Assembly (NCBI GenBank): GCA_020721805.1
Contig: DYMB01000007.1
Location: 30,307-94,306, forward strand
Direction: 5' to 3'
DNA length: 64,000 nucleotides
Source: Acetofilamentum sp.
GTDB lineage: Bacteria; Hydrothermota; 32-111
Part shown: positions 9,412-19,390 of the stretch, one piece after another
How positions within the stretch are numbered: position 1 is the stretch's first letter
How the letters are laid out: each line of letters opens with the position of its first letter
The notes under the pieces: generated by a model
What the model was told of the DNA's origin: nothing
The model's input: only the letters and a program-made list of their open reading frames with translations
Databases searched by the model: none
Program-made: the position numbers and the translations under genes

Positions 9412-10830
9412 ATGGTAAAAAAAATTATATTATCATTTATATTTTACACCTCAATCAAAATTTTGATTTTTTCACAATGGTCAAACCAGATAAAAATATG
9501 GGAATGGGGAGTTGCATATTTCCAACCTAACGCATCTCATCTTTTTGTTTCCGATACTCTTGGGAATTTGCATCTTGGTTGGTATGATACTTCAGGTGAT
9601 GTTTATTATTGTATAAGAAAGCAAAAATTCAATGGAAGCGAATGGGTTTATGATGGGACAAGATATGATCAACCAGAATCAGGTTCCAACTATTATCGTT
9701 TTTCCTGGATGCCAACATTATCTATGGATGAAGATGGAAGGTTTTTATTTATTTGGGAAAGTCGACAGGATGGGAATTTTAACCTGTTCGGTCGTTATTT
9801 TGATGGTTCTCTACTCTCTTCGATTTTTCAGATAACCGCTACATCTTCAAACACCTGGTTTCCAAAATCTTTTTATAGAAACCATAAACATCATTTTATA
9901 TTTTTAGATGATTCAACGGGGGTATTTAATATATACTATTCTTTTTTTAATTCAACTGTAAATACATTCGAACGTTTAACCAACTCCAATGTAAATTGTG
10001 TAAATACAGATTTTTTTGTTTATCCCAACGATGATATTTCAATAATATATACAAAGGAAAGGGATGGTTACCAGAATCTTTACAATTTGAGAAGAATCAA
10101 CAATGAATGGCAAAATGAAAATCTTGTATTCGGTATCTCTTCAGATGTTTATTATCCCAATTTGATCTCTGATGGTTTTAACGAGTTTATCCTTTTTACA
10201 CTTTTTACAAATGGTTTAAACCAACTTTATATAACAAGGTATCTAAATGGAAACTGGACAACACCGAAATTGTTATCCGATGGCAATGCGAATATTTATT
10301 ATCCAACCGGGGTAATAAAGAATGGTAAAATTCATATTCTTTATGTTTCGGATACATATTTTTTTGGTGATCTCTATCATCTTATATATGATTTTAATAA
10401 CGAAAAGATTGAAGAAAAAAATTTAATAGCACATCATGACACATCTTTTATAATGACCCCACAGGTAACTCTTGATAAAAATGGAAATGTTCATGTTATC
10501 TATATTTTAAATGATGAAACTCCACAATCCTCCAATTGGCCAAACAACATATACTGGTTATATTACACAGCTTCTAAAGATGAATTTAATTTTTCAAAAG
10601 AGAAGCCCTATTCCATTTTAAAGGATTCTAAAAATGTAACGATAAATTTTAAAAAAGCCCAGGAATATACGGTCAGCGTTTATAATATTTCTGGAACATT
10701 GTTAAAAAAATTTAAGGTAAATTCCCCGACCTTTATTTTTGAATTTTCAAAGCATCATTCTGGTATCTATTTTATCACTGTAGGAAATGACGAATACATA
10801 TGGAAAGAAAAGATTGTGGTTATAAAATAG
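9412..10830 (+). CDS. secreted beta-propeller-like repeat protein with T9SS C-terminal sorting domain
   Basis: Signal peptide MVKKIILSFIFYTSIKILIFSQ. About 6-7 blade-like repeats each end in aromatic runs (GNLHLGWYD..VYYC, FNIYYSF, QNLYNL, NQLYITRY, GKIHILYVSD, GNVHVIYIL). The C-terminus has a Por-tail pattern (see 10609..10827). The start is moved from ORF-track 9367 (TTG) to ATG 9412. Confidence 0.7.
   Translation: MVKKIILSFIFYTSIKILIFSQWSNQIKIWEWGVAYFQPNASHLFVSDTLGNLHLGWYDTSGDVYYCIRKQKFNGSEWVYDGTRYDQPESGSNYYRFSWMPTLSMDEDGRFLFIWESRQDGNFNLFGRYFDGSLLSSIFQITATSSNTWFPKSFYRNHKHHFIFLDDSTGVFNIYYSFFNSTVNTFERLTNSNVNCVNTDFFVYPNDDISIIYTKERDGYQNLYNLRRINNEWQNENLVFGISSDVYYPNLISDGFNEFILFTLFTNGLNQLYITRYLNGNWTTPKLLSDGNANIYYPTGVIKNGKIHILYVSDTYFFGDLYHLIYDFNNEKIEEKNLIAHHDTSFIMTPQVTLDKNGNVHVIYILNDETPQSSNWPNNIYWLYYTASKDEFNFSKEKPYSILKDSKNVTINFKKAQEYTVSVYNISGTLLKKFKVNSPTFIFEFSKHHSGIYFITVGNDEYIWKEKIVVIK
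10609..10827 (+). other. T9SS C-terminal sorting domain (CTD) coding segment
   Basis: YSILKDSKNVTINFKKAQEYTVSVYNISGTLLKKFKVNSPTFIFEFSKHHSGIYFITVGNDEYIWKEKIVVIK. It shows the typical pattern of V.VYN..G.LL, a ...SGIYF..V segment and a ...K.VV.K terminal strand. Confidence 0.65.
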
Positions 10831-13800
10831 TTTTATTACTATTTTTGATACTATTCGGTTTCAACCTTTTTTCTAAATTTATAACAAATGAAGAGAAAGG
10901 GAAGATCATAGTTAAGTATTTCCCTGAAGAGAATGATACAACGAAAATATTAATTTTGCCACCATCCGATATAAATGTTAAGGTTAACCCTTCAGGTTTC
11001 GAAAAGTTAGTAATGGGAACACCTTTCTATTTTAAAGATTTTCATATTCTACCTTTAAAACCTTTTAAAGAAAAATATGAAGTTTTAATAACATATAATC
11101 CTGTTAAATATAAAGGAAGGATCGTTAAGCCAGACGAAACCACTCTTAAAATTTTGAGAGGGATAACCATAAATGAAGCAGACCTTTTGAAAAATATCAA
11201 GCCAAGAAGTGTAAATGAAAAAAAGTTTGAATATGATGGAACACCTTTGTTTAAGATAAAAATTTCAAAATCCGGATTATACAGAGTCTTCTATGATGAT
11301 ATAGTGAATAAAACTGGAATAGTTCTTTCTTCTTATGATCCAAACTGTTTTAAACTCTATAACAAAAATGTCGAAATCCCATTAAATTTTTATGGAACCG
11401 GAGATGGGATTTTCGGAAATGGAGATTTTTTTGAATTTTATGGTGAAAGAAAGAGCGGAGAAAATACCTATTATGATAAATACCAGTTAGATAATGTATA
11501 TGTTTTTGTAGTGGGTGGGAAGAATGGAATAAGGTATGTTTTTGATGGAGAGTTTTTTTATGACACTTTGTTGGATTCAACCATATCATCGTTTCAAAAA
11601 ACTACTCATATCGAAGAGGATTCTTTCTACTCTCCTCTTGGAGGACGAACTACCATAGATACATCCGATCTTTGGTTTATGTCAACCATCAATTCATCGG
11701 ATCCTTACTCATTTGATCTTTCATTTTTAAATAGAGATACAACCTATAATAAATTTTATTTTTCATCACTTTTTCATGGTTTTTCATATAACCTTCTTAT
11801 AAATCCAGATCATGTTGTAGGGCTTTATATAAACGATTCTTTATACGATACCATAAGATGGGATGATCTTTCATCATATTTGTATATAAATGATACTATA
11901 GATCTGTTCCTGGATACAATAAACATAAAATTAAAAGTAATAGGAGGGGATTCACTCAGTCTCGGTTTAAACTTTATTGAATATGGCTATTTTGAACAAC
12001 TTATAATGGAAAATGGAAAACTGGATTTTGATATTTCCAATATAAGTTTTGGAAAATATAAATTTCATATAAAAGGTTTACATTCTTCCGATGTGAAAAT
12101 TTACAGAAAGGATTTGAAACTCTTAACAAATTTTGTAACGGTATTTAATTCTCTTGAAGGAAACTATGATCTTTATTTTACAGATGAGATTTTTACCACA
12201 CCTGTGCATTATTCTGTTTATCAAAACTCAAATTTTCTTGTTCCGGATACGATGGAGACTTTTAAAAATGTACTTCTGCAAAATTCTTCAAATGAGGGGA
12301 ACTACATAATTATAGTTGATCAAAAATTGAAGGATAAAGCTTCTCAACTTGCTACTCTTTTTTCCAGTAAAAATAAGGTTTTTGTCGCTGGGACCGAAGA
12401 AATTTATGATGAATTCAATTATGGTTTCAGAGGAGTTAAACCTATCAAAGATTTTATCGTTGCAGCATACAACAACTGGCAGGTTCCGCCTTCACATATT
12501 CTTCTTTTAGGGGATGGAACGCCGGATAACAACAACCATTTAAAACTTTTCGATTACGGTATACCTGCACCTTACTATTATGAAAATTCAGCCTATTCAC
12601 CCGCACTCATTGCATCCGACAATTATTATGCAGCGATAGTTGGGGATGATCCGGTTGAAGATGTATCGATTTCAAGATTTCCCATAAGAAGTGAGTTTGA
12701 GATCGATATCGCAATAAACAAGGTGAAACATTTTATTGATTGGAAAAATTCTGGCATTTTTAATCTGAAATTTATTTTTGGATACGATACGACTCCCCCT
12801 GGTTTAGGATTACCCTCTTATGTTGATGCTAAATACCAATCCTTAAAACTCGCAAATATGTTGCCCGAATATATCGGGGTTGATTTTATGGCAAATCTTT
12901 ATGATAATAATGGCGATTTTATAAATCAACTCGATTATGGCGCATCGATTTTGAACATCTATGCACATGGTGCTTCCCAATCTATAGGAAGTGGAGTCTA
13001 TCTTAGAAAAACTGATATATTAAGGATGAACAACATCAATAGACTACCGTTTGTAAAAGTTTACTCTTGTGATACTGGCTATTACGATGAAATTTACAGA
13101 GAAGAACAATCAATTGGGGAAACCTTTGTTCTTGCACCTTTTGGAGGTTCTATAGCGTATTATGGTTCTGCAACGGCAAGTACCGATAATCTTAATAATG
13201 CTTTAGGCGAATCAAATTTCAGGCAATTGGCGTATAATGGCATAAAGAATATAGGCGAGATGATACTTTATGGAGAATTGATGTTCTTTGTTAATTCCAG
13301 TGTTTTTGGAACAGGAAATGTTGACGATCCGAATGTATACGAGATAAAAAATTATGGGCTTCTTGGAGTAAATTTTATAGATTTAAAAATACCGGATATT
13401 TCATACTCAAATTCATGTTCTCTATCAACATATACCATATCCCCAAAAGATACTTTAACCATATTCTGTTCTGATTCCAATTTAAAGGATGGTTTTCTAC
13501 AAACGGTAATGCTCGATGATGAAAGAAGGATGCTTTCCTTTGATAACTCAAATTTAACTAACGGTTTTGGAGAAAATACACTTATTATACCCGATACTCT
13601 TAAAAACTCTTCCGTTGTGATCTCTACAGTTGCATATACTCAGGATACATCCCTACTTTATCTTTCATATCCATCAGTTAACAGTGATGGGATCAAAAAT
13701 TTTTACATCCTTCCATCTTTACCCGATACTTTAGAGAGTTTTAAAATTTACGCGAAAAAGGGTGGGAAAAACATTAAAAATATAACAGCATATTATAAAT

Positions 13801-15299
13801 ATCCCAATTCAACAAGTTACAATAGTTTTGTAATGTTAAAAGATACTGTTGATACAACATTATACTATACCGCTTCGCTTGCACCTATAAAAGCAAAAAA
13901 ATCTTTTTATGATTATTTCAGTTACTACATATATTATACAGATACACTTGAAACTTTTTCATTTACAACTCCAGTTAAGAAAATTTTAATTCCACCGTAT
14001 CCTGATGTAAGAATATATCAGAATCCATATCTTTCATTTAAAGATGATGCTCCAGCACTTACGGTCAAAATTTCAAATGCTGGAGAAAGAAAAAGCACTG
14101 ATCTTTTGGTCAGTTTTTTTGTTATAGACGAAAACGATGATACCCTTTTGATAGGTGTTGATACTGTCGATCTTGAAAGTGGAGAAACTAAGGAATCCAA
14201 AATTAAGATAGATAAAAATTATTTTCAAAAAAAGATTTTTATCTATGCTGCAAAAGATACTTTGAATTTCCCTGATAGAAATTTTTCAAACAACAAGATT
14301 TTCGATACTTCATTTGATAATATATATTCTTATATTTATGGTTCGCCCATGGTCGATTCGCTTTTAACCTATTATAATTTTAATATTGTTAACGAAGGAC
14401 AGCAAAATCAAGATACAAATCTTATGATTCTATCCAGAGAGGAATCTGTTATAACATCGCAATCGCTCGAGATTTTAAGTGAAGATGAAAATAATCTACT
14501 TTACAGAATCCGAGTTTTAAAACCTGAACTTAACAGCAGGGTTAAACTTTTCCCTGATCCCGATTTTCATCCCTCATTTATTTTGAGATATGATTCACTT
14601 TCAAACAACTATATTTTTGTTTCAAACGAGAAGAGTGATACCGTCTATTATACTCTTAACAACTATTCTGACAGATTTATTATAGGTAGATGGAACGACA
14701 CGATTCCCCCTGAAATCAAGATCTTTGTTGAAAACAAAGAAATATTTTCAAAAACGATTTTGTTAAATTCAATAGATTTTGGAATCACCATCGAAGACGA
14801 TGAGGGAATTGATATAGGTAGTATAAAAATAGTTGTTGATGGTGATACTCTTTCAAAAGATGAATATAAAACAAGTGATCAGACAGTTTTAAAAACTATT
14901 CCGATAAAATTGAACAGATATCTTGACAACGGTGATCATAAACTGGAGGTTTTCTGTAACGATATATATGCCAATTCATCAAGTCAGATTTACGAATTTC
15001 AAGTTTCAAATCAATTCAGAATAATAAATCTTGCTAATTTTCCAAACCCTGTGACAGGTGGAAGAACAAAAATAGTTTGTGAATTTTCGAAAGATCCAGA
15101 AAATTCTATTGTGAAAATTTACACTTCAAGTGGAAAATTGTTTAAAGAATATGAACTGACCTATTTAAAGGATAGATTCTATTCTATAGATCTCCAAATG
15201 TCCGATTTTCAAAATGGAACCTATTTTTATGTGGTTGAAGCCATTAAAGATAATGAAAGGATCAGATCAAAGGTTCAAAAGATGAGTCTTTTAAAATGA
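10800..15299 (+). CDS. C25-family (gingipain/PorU-like) cysteine peptidase, 1499 aa, with CARDB-like domain and T9SS CTD
   Basis: Hydrophobic N-terminus KIVLLLFLILFGFNLFS. Candidate catalytic His is in ILNIYAHGASQS (codon 723, nt 12966-12968). Candidate catalytic Cys is in VKVYSCDTGYYD (codon 757, nt 13068-13070). A CARDB-like segment reads ALTVKISNAGERKSTDLLVSFFVIDEN...LESGETKESKIKI. A C-terminal Por-tail is present. Confidence 0.75.
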   Translation: MERKDCGYKIVLLLFLILFGFNLFSKFITNEEKGKIIVKYFPEENDTTKILILPPSDINVKVNPSGFEKLVMGTPFYFKDFHILPLKPFKEKYEVLITYNPVKYKGRIVKPDETTLKILRGITINEADLLKNIKPRSVNEKKFEYDGTPLFKIKISKSGLYRVFYDDIVNKTGIVLSSYDPNCFKLYNKNVEIPLNFYGTGDGIFGNGDFFEFYGERKSGENTYYDKYQLDNVYVFVVGGKNGIRYVFDGEFFYDTLLDSTISSFQKTTHIEEDSFYSPLGGRTTIDTSDLWFMSTINSSDPYSFDLSFLNRDTTYNKFYFSSLFHGFSYNLLINPDHVVGLYINDSLYDTIRWDDLSSYLYINDTIDLFLDTINIKLKVIGGDSLSLGLNFIEYGYFEQLIMENGKLDFDISNISFGKYKFHIKGLHSSDVKIYRKDLKLLTNFVTVFNSLEGNYDLYFTDEIFTTPVHYSVYQNSNFLVPDTMETFKNVLLQNSSNEGNYIIIVDQKLKDKASQLATLFSSKNKVFVAGTEEIYDEFNYGFRGVKPIKDFIVAAYNNWQVPPSHILLLGDGTPDNNNHLKLFDYGIPAPYYYENSAYSPALIASDNYYAAIVGDDPVEDVSISRFPIRSEFEIDIAINKVKHFIDWKNSGIFNLKFIFGYDTTPPGLGLPSYVDAKYQSLKLANMLPEYIGVDFMANLYDNNGDFINQLDYGASILNIYAHGASQSIGSGVYLRKTDILRMNNINRLPFVKVYSCDTGYYDEIYREEQSIGETFVLAPFGGSIAYYGSATASTDNLNNALGESNFRQLAYNGIKNIGEMILYGELMFFVNSSVFGTGNVDDPNVYEIKNYGLLGVNFIDLKIPDISYSNSCSLSTYTISPKDTLTIFCSDSNLKDGFLQTVMLDDERRMLSFDNSNLTNGFGENTLIIPDTLKNSSVVISTVAYTQDTSLLYLSYPSVNSDGIKNFYILPSLPDTLESFKIYAKKGGKNIKNITAYYKYPNSTSYNSFVMLKDTVDTTLYYTASLAPIKAKKSFYDYFSYYIYYTDTLETFSFTTPVKKILIPPYPDVRIYQNPYLSFKDDAPALTVKISNAGERKSTDLLVSFFVIDENDDTLLIGVDTVDLESGETKESKIKIDKNYFQKKIFIYAAKDTLNFPDRNFSNNKIFDTSFDNIYSYIYGSPMVDSLLTYYNFNIVNEGQQNQDTNLMILSREESVITSQSLEILSEDENNLLYRIRVLKPELNSRVKLFPDPDFHPSFILRYDSLSNNYIFVSNEKSDTVYYTLNNYSDRFIIGRWNDTIPPEIKIFVENKEIFSKTILLNSIDFGITIEDDEGIDIGSIKIVVDGDTLSKDEYKTSDQTVLKTIPIKLNRYLDNGDHKLEVFCNDIYANSSSQIYEFQVSNQFRIINLANFPNPVTGGRTKIVCEFSKDPENSIVKIYTSSGKLFKEYELTYLKDRFYSIDLQMSDFQNGTYFYVVEAIKDNERIRSKVQKMSLLK
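15015..15296 (+). other. T9SS C-terminal sorting domain (type A / FlgD-Ig-like) coding segment
   Basis: FRIINLANFPNPVTGGRTKIVCEFSKDPENSIVKIYTSSGKLFKEYEL...FQNGTYFYVVEAIKDNERIRSKVQKMSLLK. NFPNPV, VKIYTSSGKL and GTYFYVV are hallmark CTD motifs. Confidence 0.75.
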
Positions 15300-16264
15300 A
15301 AAAATTTTTACTTTTTTTTATAATATTTTTTATTTCAAATATTTTTATATTGCCATTTGAAATACTTTCAATAAACTTCTCTCCTTTTGGCGAAGCCACA
15401 AAGGGTGCAATATTAACCTATCATTCTCAAAACATACCTCTATTTTTTTATAACCCTTCAAACTCTTCAAGCGATTATTATTCTGAAAGAAGTGATTTTA
15501 CAGTTTTTTACGAACATAAATTTTTGTTTATGGATTTATCCAGTTACAACAGTTTTGTTTTAAACTTTCCCGAGATCAAAAATATGAATATTGGAATTCA
15601 GATCATAAATCAAAGCATAAATACTATACCCATATATCCAGAATATGAGGATTCAATCTCTTTTGTTCCTGAAGGATATTTTTCAGATGACTGTTATGTC
15701 GGTTTACTCAATTTCTCATATCAAATAAAACAGAGTGGAGAAAAAAGGTTATATGAAATGTTCTTTGGAGGAAACATAAAAACCATCCTACACAGAATTT
15801 ACACAAAGAGGGGAACGGGGATAGGTATGGATCTGGGAACAACTTTTAGATTATCTCTTGATAATTATAAACTACCCGGAATTTTTTTAATCTCTTTTGT
15901 GTACAAAGATGTTGGGAAAACAAAGGTTATCTGGGATACTGATTCGAACACGGTTTTTTCAAAAGATGCCAGCTTTATTCCATCTCTTGGTTACGAAATA
16001 AAATTTGATAGAATAAAATCCAAATTTTTTACAGAGATTAGTTATAATGTTTACGAAAGAACTATTCCGGTTTCCATTATATATTCTTACTCAAATCTTT
16101 TTGGAATATTCACTGGATACGAATATCAGCCAGGCATGGATATTGATTTAAAACAAGCAGGTGTTGGAGTCTATTTGAATCTGTTAAAATTTTCCGTGTC
16201 CTATTCTTTTACACTTTATGATATTGGATACACAAATTCTTTAGGATTATCATATATATTTTGA
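15296..16264 (+). CDS. outer-membrane beta-barrel protein, PorV/PorQ-family-like
   Basis: It has a signal peptide, alternating beta-strand-like sequence, and a C-terminal ...LGLSYIF ending in Phe. The N-terminal GEATKGAILTYHSQNIPLFFYNPS resembles the GAR..AMGGA......NPAG motif of PorV/PorQ proteins. ATGA overlap with the C25 gene. Confidence 0.45.
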   Translation: MKKFLLFFIIFFISNIFILPFEILSINFSPFGEATKGAILTYHSQNIPLFFYNPSNSSSDYYSERSDFTVFYEHKFLFMDLSSYNSFVLNFPEIKNMNIGIQIINQSINTIPIYPEYEDSISFVPEGYFSDDCYVGLLNFSYQIKQSGEKRLYEMFFGGNIKTILHRIYTKRGTGIGMDLGTTFRLSLDNYKLPGIFLISFVYKDVGKTKVIWDTDSNTVFSKDASFIPSLGYEIKFDRIKSKFFTEISYNVYERTIPVSIIYSYSNLFGIFTGYEYQPGMDIDLKQAGVGVYLNLLKFSVSYSFTLYDIGYTNSLGLSYIF

Positions 16265-16266
16265 TT

Positions 16267-17202
16267 ATGGAAACAAAAAACATTTTAAGTCTTTCAGAAA
16301 ATAATAAATTGTTTGTAATATCTGGAAATTTTCTGGGGGATATAAAGGAGAATATAAAACTCATAAAGGAAAGATATGTATTAAAGGGCTTTGAAGATTT
16401 TGATTATACTGAAATTTATATAGATGAAATCGATGAACAAGAAATTTATAATAAAATTTTAACACCACCTTTTGTATCGGGGAAGAAAATAATAGTAATT
16501 AAAGATGGTTTAAAAATTTCAAAAAAACTTGCAGAGGAAATTGAAAATTTACTCGAAGATACTTTTTTAAAAACCCTGTTGATAATTCTTTGTATAGACG
16601 AGGAAAGTTTTACTCCATATGAGATCAAAAAGAATGTAGAACAAAAATTTAAAAAGGCTATCCATTTTTATAGCGAAGCTGACCCAAAATATCTTAAAAA
16701 CATAACTTTTCAAAGGATAAAAAATTATGCACAGGGAAGAGAGATGTTTCTGGATGATAATATTATAAAGCGGTTGATAGATTTTACAGATGGCAATATA
16801 TATTCTATATACAATTTGATAAATATGTACTATATGGAAGGGAAACCACTTAAACTGCAAAACAGCGAAAATTTTAAAAATAATGTTGAATTTTACGATG
16901 CTTATATTTTTGATTTTCTTGAAAGTTTTTCCAACAGGGATCTTAAAAAAGCGTTAAATTCTTATAGAAAATGCCTTGAATGGAAAATCATTACCAACGA
17001 TGGTTTGATCCTTTTGCTTCTAAAACAGATCTCTGAACAGAGGGAAGATTATAAAAATAGATTTAAACATTGGGATCGGATGATGTTAAAAAAGAGTTTT
17101 GAAACACTCTATAATCTTTTAAAGGATATTAGAAAATATAACGCAATATTTGCAAAAATATTAGTTGAGGAATCAATAATAAAAATAATAAAGGGGGAAT
17201 AA
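16267..17202 (+). CDS. holA: DNA polymerase III delta subunit-like (HolA-like)
   Basis: The N-terminal layout is typical of HolA: LFVISGNFLGDIKENI...DFDYTEIYIDEID.QEIYNKILTPPFVSGKKIIVIKDG...LENLLED....TLLIILC. The length is about 310 aa. The ATG at 16267 is preferred over the TTG at 16261. Confidence 0.55.
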   Translation: METKNILSLSENNKLFVISGNFLGDIKENIKLIKERYVLKGFEDFDYTEIYIDEIDEQEIYNKILTPPFVSGKKIIVIKDGLKISKKLAEEIENLLEDTFLKTLLIILCIDEESFTPYEIKKNVEQKFKKAIHFYSEADPKYLKNITFQRIKNYAQGREMFLDDNIIKRLIDFTDGNIYSIYNLINMYYMEGKPLKLQNSENFKNNVEFYDAYIFDFLESFSNRDLKKALNSYRKCLEWKIITNDGLILLLLKQISEQREDYKNRFKHWDRMMLKKSFETLYNLLKDIRKYNAIFAKILVEESIIKIIKGE

Positions 17203-18035
17203 TGGATTTAAAGAATCTCATGGAACAAAAGGAAGAGATAGAAAAAAAACTTGTTAAACTGGAAGAGATTAAAATTCAGATAAAACCTCAAATTTATGAG
17301 AAGATAAAAAGAGAGTACCAGGAAAAAATAGACGATATTTTAGAGGCGTTAAAAAAGGATCAGGCTTATTTAAAAGAGCAACTTGAATCGATAAAGATAA
17401 CTAAATCTCAGTTTCTTTCTGAACTTGAAAAGTTGGATTTAGAACTTGAAGAATTAAATGTAAGAAAGTTATTATCTGATATCTCTGAACAGGATTATTA
17501 TGCTAAAAATAATGATCTGGAAGAAAAAAGATCTCATATTATGGAAAATATAAAATCACTTGAAGAGAAGGAAAATGAAATATCCCGGTTTGTAGTTGTT
17601 GATAATGAAACTAAGGAATTTAAAGAAAAGATAATATATGAGAATAATCTTGTTTACCCTGAAAGTAGGATAGAACAAAATCAACCCCAGCAAGAAGAAA
17701 CGATGAAAGAAAGATTCTATGGTGAGATTCAAACTCCTGTGGAAAATAAGCCGAATCCTCTTGATAATATTATTCAACCCGATATAGTAAAAGAGCAGGA
17801 TTTTGATTTAGGTAAAGATCTTCCCCAAAATGAAAAACTTGTTAAGAACAGCCCTCTTGAAACAAATAATAATAAAGCACAAAACGAAAACGAAGAAATT
17901 TTTGAAAAAGATTTTGATATGGATCTGAGAGGAGAGAATGTGGAGACCATAGAGGGACTGGTCTGCCCGAAATGCGGGCATATCAACAGATCCGATCTTT
18001 TTAACTGTGAAAAGTGTGGCGCTGAATTGTTATAA
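17202..18035 (+). CDS. coiled-coil protein with C-terminal zinc-ribbon
   Basis: Heptad-rich N-terminal half, an acidic/polar middle, and a C-terminal CPKCGHINRSDLFNCEKCGAEL (CxxC...CxxC). Coupled to its neighbours (TAATG at both ends). Confidence 0.55.
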   Translation: MDLKNLMEQKEEIEKKLVKLEEIKIQIKPQIYEKIKREYQEKIDDILEALKKDQAYLKEQLESIKITKSQFLSELEKLDLELEELNVRKLLSDISEQDYYAKNNDLEEKRSHIMENIKSLEEKENEISRFVVVDNETKEFKEKIIYENNLVYPESRIEQNQPQQEETMKERFYGEIQTPVENKPNPLDNIIQPDIVKEQDFDLGKDLPQNEKLVKNSPLETNNNKAQNENEEIFEKDFDMDLRGENVETIEGLVCPKCGHINRSDLFNCEKCGAELL

Positions 18036-19390
18036 TGGGTTTTAAAACTCTCACTTTTTATACATTCTCAAATTATTTAAACATTTTTTTATCCCTGGTT
18101 CAGGGTTTCTTTTTATTAAAAATTCTTTCCGTTGAAGAGATGGGTTCTTTCAGTCAATTCAAAATAATTCTAAACTATCTTATGCTTTTTAATCTTGGCA
18201 CATTAAATTCCTTTATGATACTTATCCCTTCTTCTTCAGATCAGCAAAAAAATGTTTATAAAAATAAGGTGTTTACAGTAAACTTTTTTATTTATCTTAT
18301 AGTTTCTTTATCGATTTTATCTTTTTTTTTCTATAAAAAGGATCAGATGATTCTTTTTTTATCCCCAGCCATATTTTTTTATGCTATAAAAGATTTTCCA
18401 TCATATTTTTTAAAATCTGATGGTAGATTTAAAAAGTATTCTTTAAATCTTTTATTTTCTCAAACCATATTTCTTTTTTTGATCATTATCTTATCCTTAA
18501 GATTGAAACTTGTCGGTGTATATCTTTCCGTTATCATATTTTCACTGGTTTCTCTATTTTTTGGTATTTTTTTGATAGGGGGAATAAAGTTTGATTTTCC
18601 ACTTCCCGTTGAAACGATATTTTTTATAAAAAAAGGTTTCAACATTTATTTCGTTGGATTTTTAAATCAGATTTTTGCTAATTTTGAAAGATTGTTTTTG
18701 AGTTTTATTCTGATAAAGGAAAGATTTGCCGTCTATGCCACTTCAGTTTTTTTTCTATCCTTCATTCAGATGTTCCCCTCATCCATAGTACAATATTTTT
18801 TACCTGATTTTGTAAGAAACGCAAAAAAATATAATCAAATAAGAATAAGTTTAATATTCAGTTCCATAAGTGTTTTAACATTTTTTTTCATAATCTTCTC
18901 ATTTTTATTTTTAAAAATCATTACGGCTATTTATTTTAAAAATTATGTTGATTCGGTAAAAATTTTCGGTATCCTTTCAACTACAGTGTTCTTTGATATT
19001 TTTTTCTATCTTCTTTATAACAAACTTCTTTCGATCGAAAAATTAAAAATCTATATTTTTATACAGATCGTTGGATCTATAATGTTGGTTGTCGGAATAA
19101 TTTTTTATTCCATTCTTGTGGTTAACATCGATCTTGTAAAATTTTCTTATTTTTTTGTGATGCTGAAGGGTCTCCATTTTGTCTTCGTACTCTTTTTCTT
19201 AAACTTCTTTTTTAGAAAAATAAAAGTGGATACAGTTTTAACATCGATCGTATCCATTTTATTTTTTTTAGTTATGAAAATAGAGATGTTTACAAATAGG
19301 ATTATACTATCAGCGTTTATCGTGATATCTTTACTATTTTTAATCAATTTTAAAAAGATTCTATTATGGATGAAAAAAAATTTAAATTGA
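18035..19390 (+). CDS. polysaccharide flippase, Wzx/MOP-family-like multi-pass membrane protein
   Basis: 451 aa with about 12-14 hydrophobic segments and the typical flippase size. It sits in a glycosyltransferase/polymerase context. Confidence 0.65.
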   Translation: MGFKTLTFYTFSNYLNIFLSLVQGFFLLKILSVEEMGSFSQFKIILNYLMLFNLGTLNSFMILIPSSSDQQKNVYKNKVFTVNFFIYLIVSLSILSFFFYKKDQMILFLSPAIFFYAIKDFPSYFLKSDGRFKKYSLNLLFSQTIFLFLIIILSLRLKLVGVYLSVIIFSLVSLFFGIFLIGGIKFDFPLPVETIFFIKKGFNIYFVGFLNQIFANFERLFLSFILIKERFAVYATSVFFLSFIQMFPSSIVQYFLPDFVRNAKKYNQIRISLIFSSISVLTFFFIIFSFLFLKIITAIYFKNYVDSVKIFGILSTTVFFDIFFYLLYNKLLSIEKLKIYIFIQIVGSIMLVVGIIFYSILVVNIDLVKFSYFFVMLKGLHFVFVLFFLNFFFRKIKVDTVLTSIVSILFFLVMKIEMFTNRIILSAFIVISLLFLINFKKILLWMKKNLN

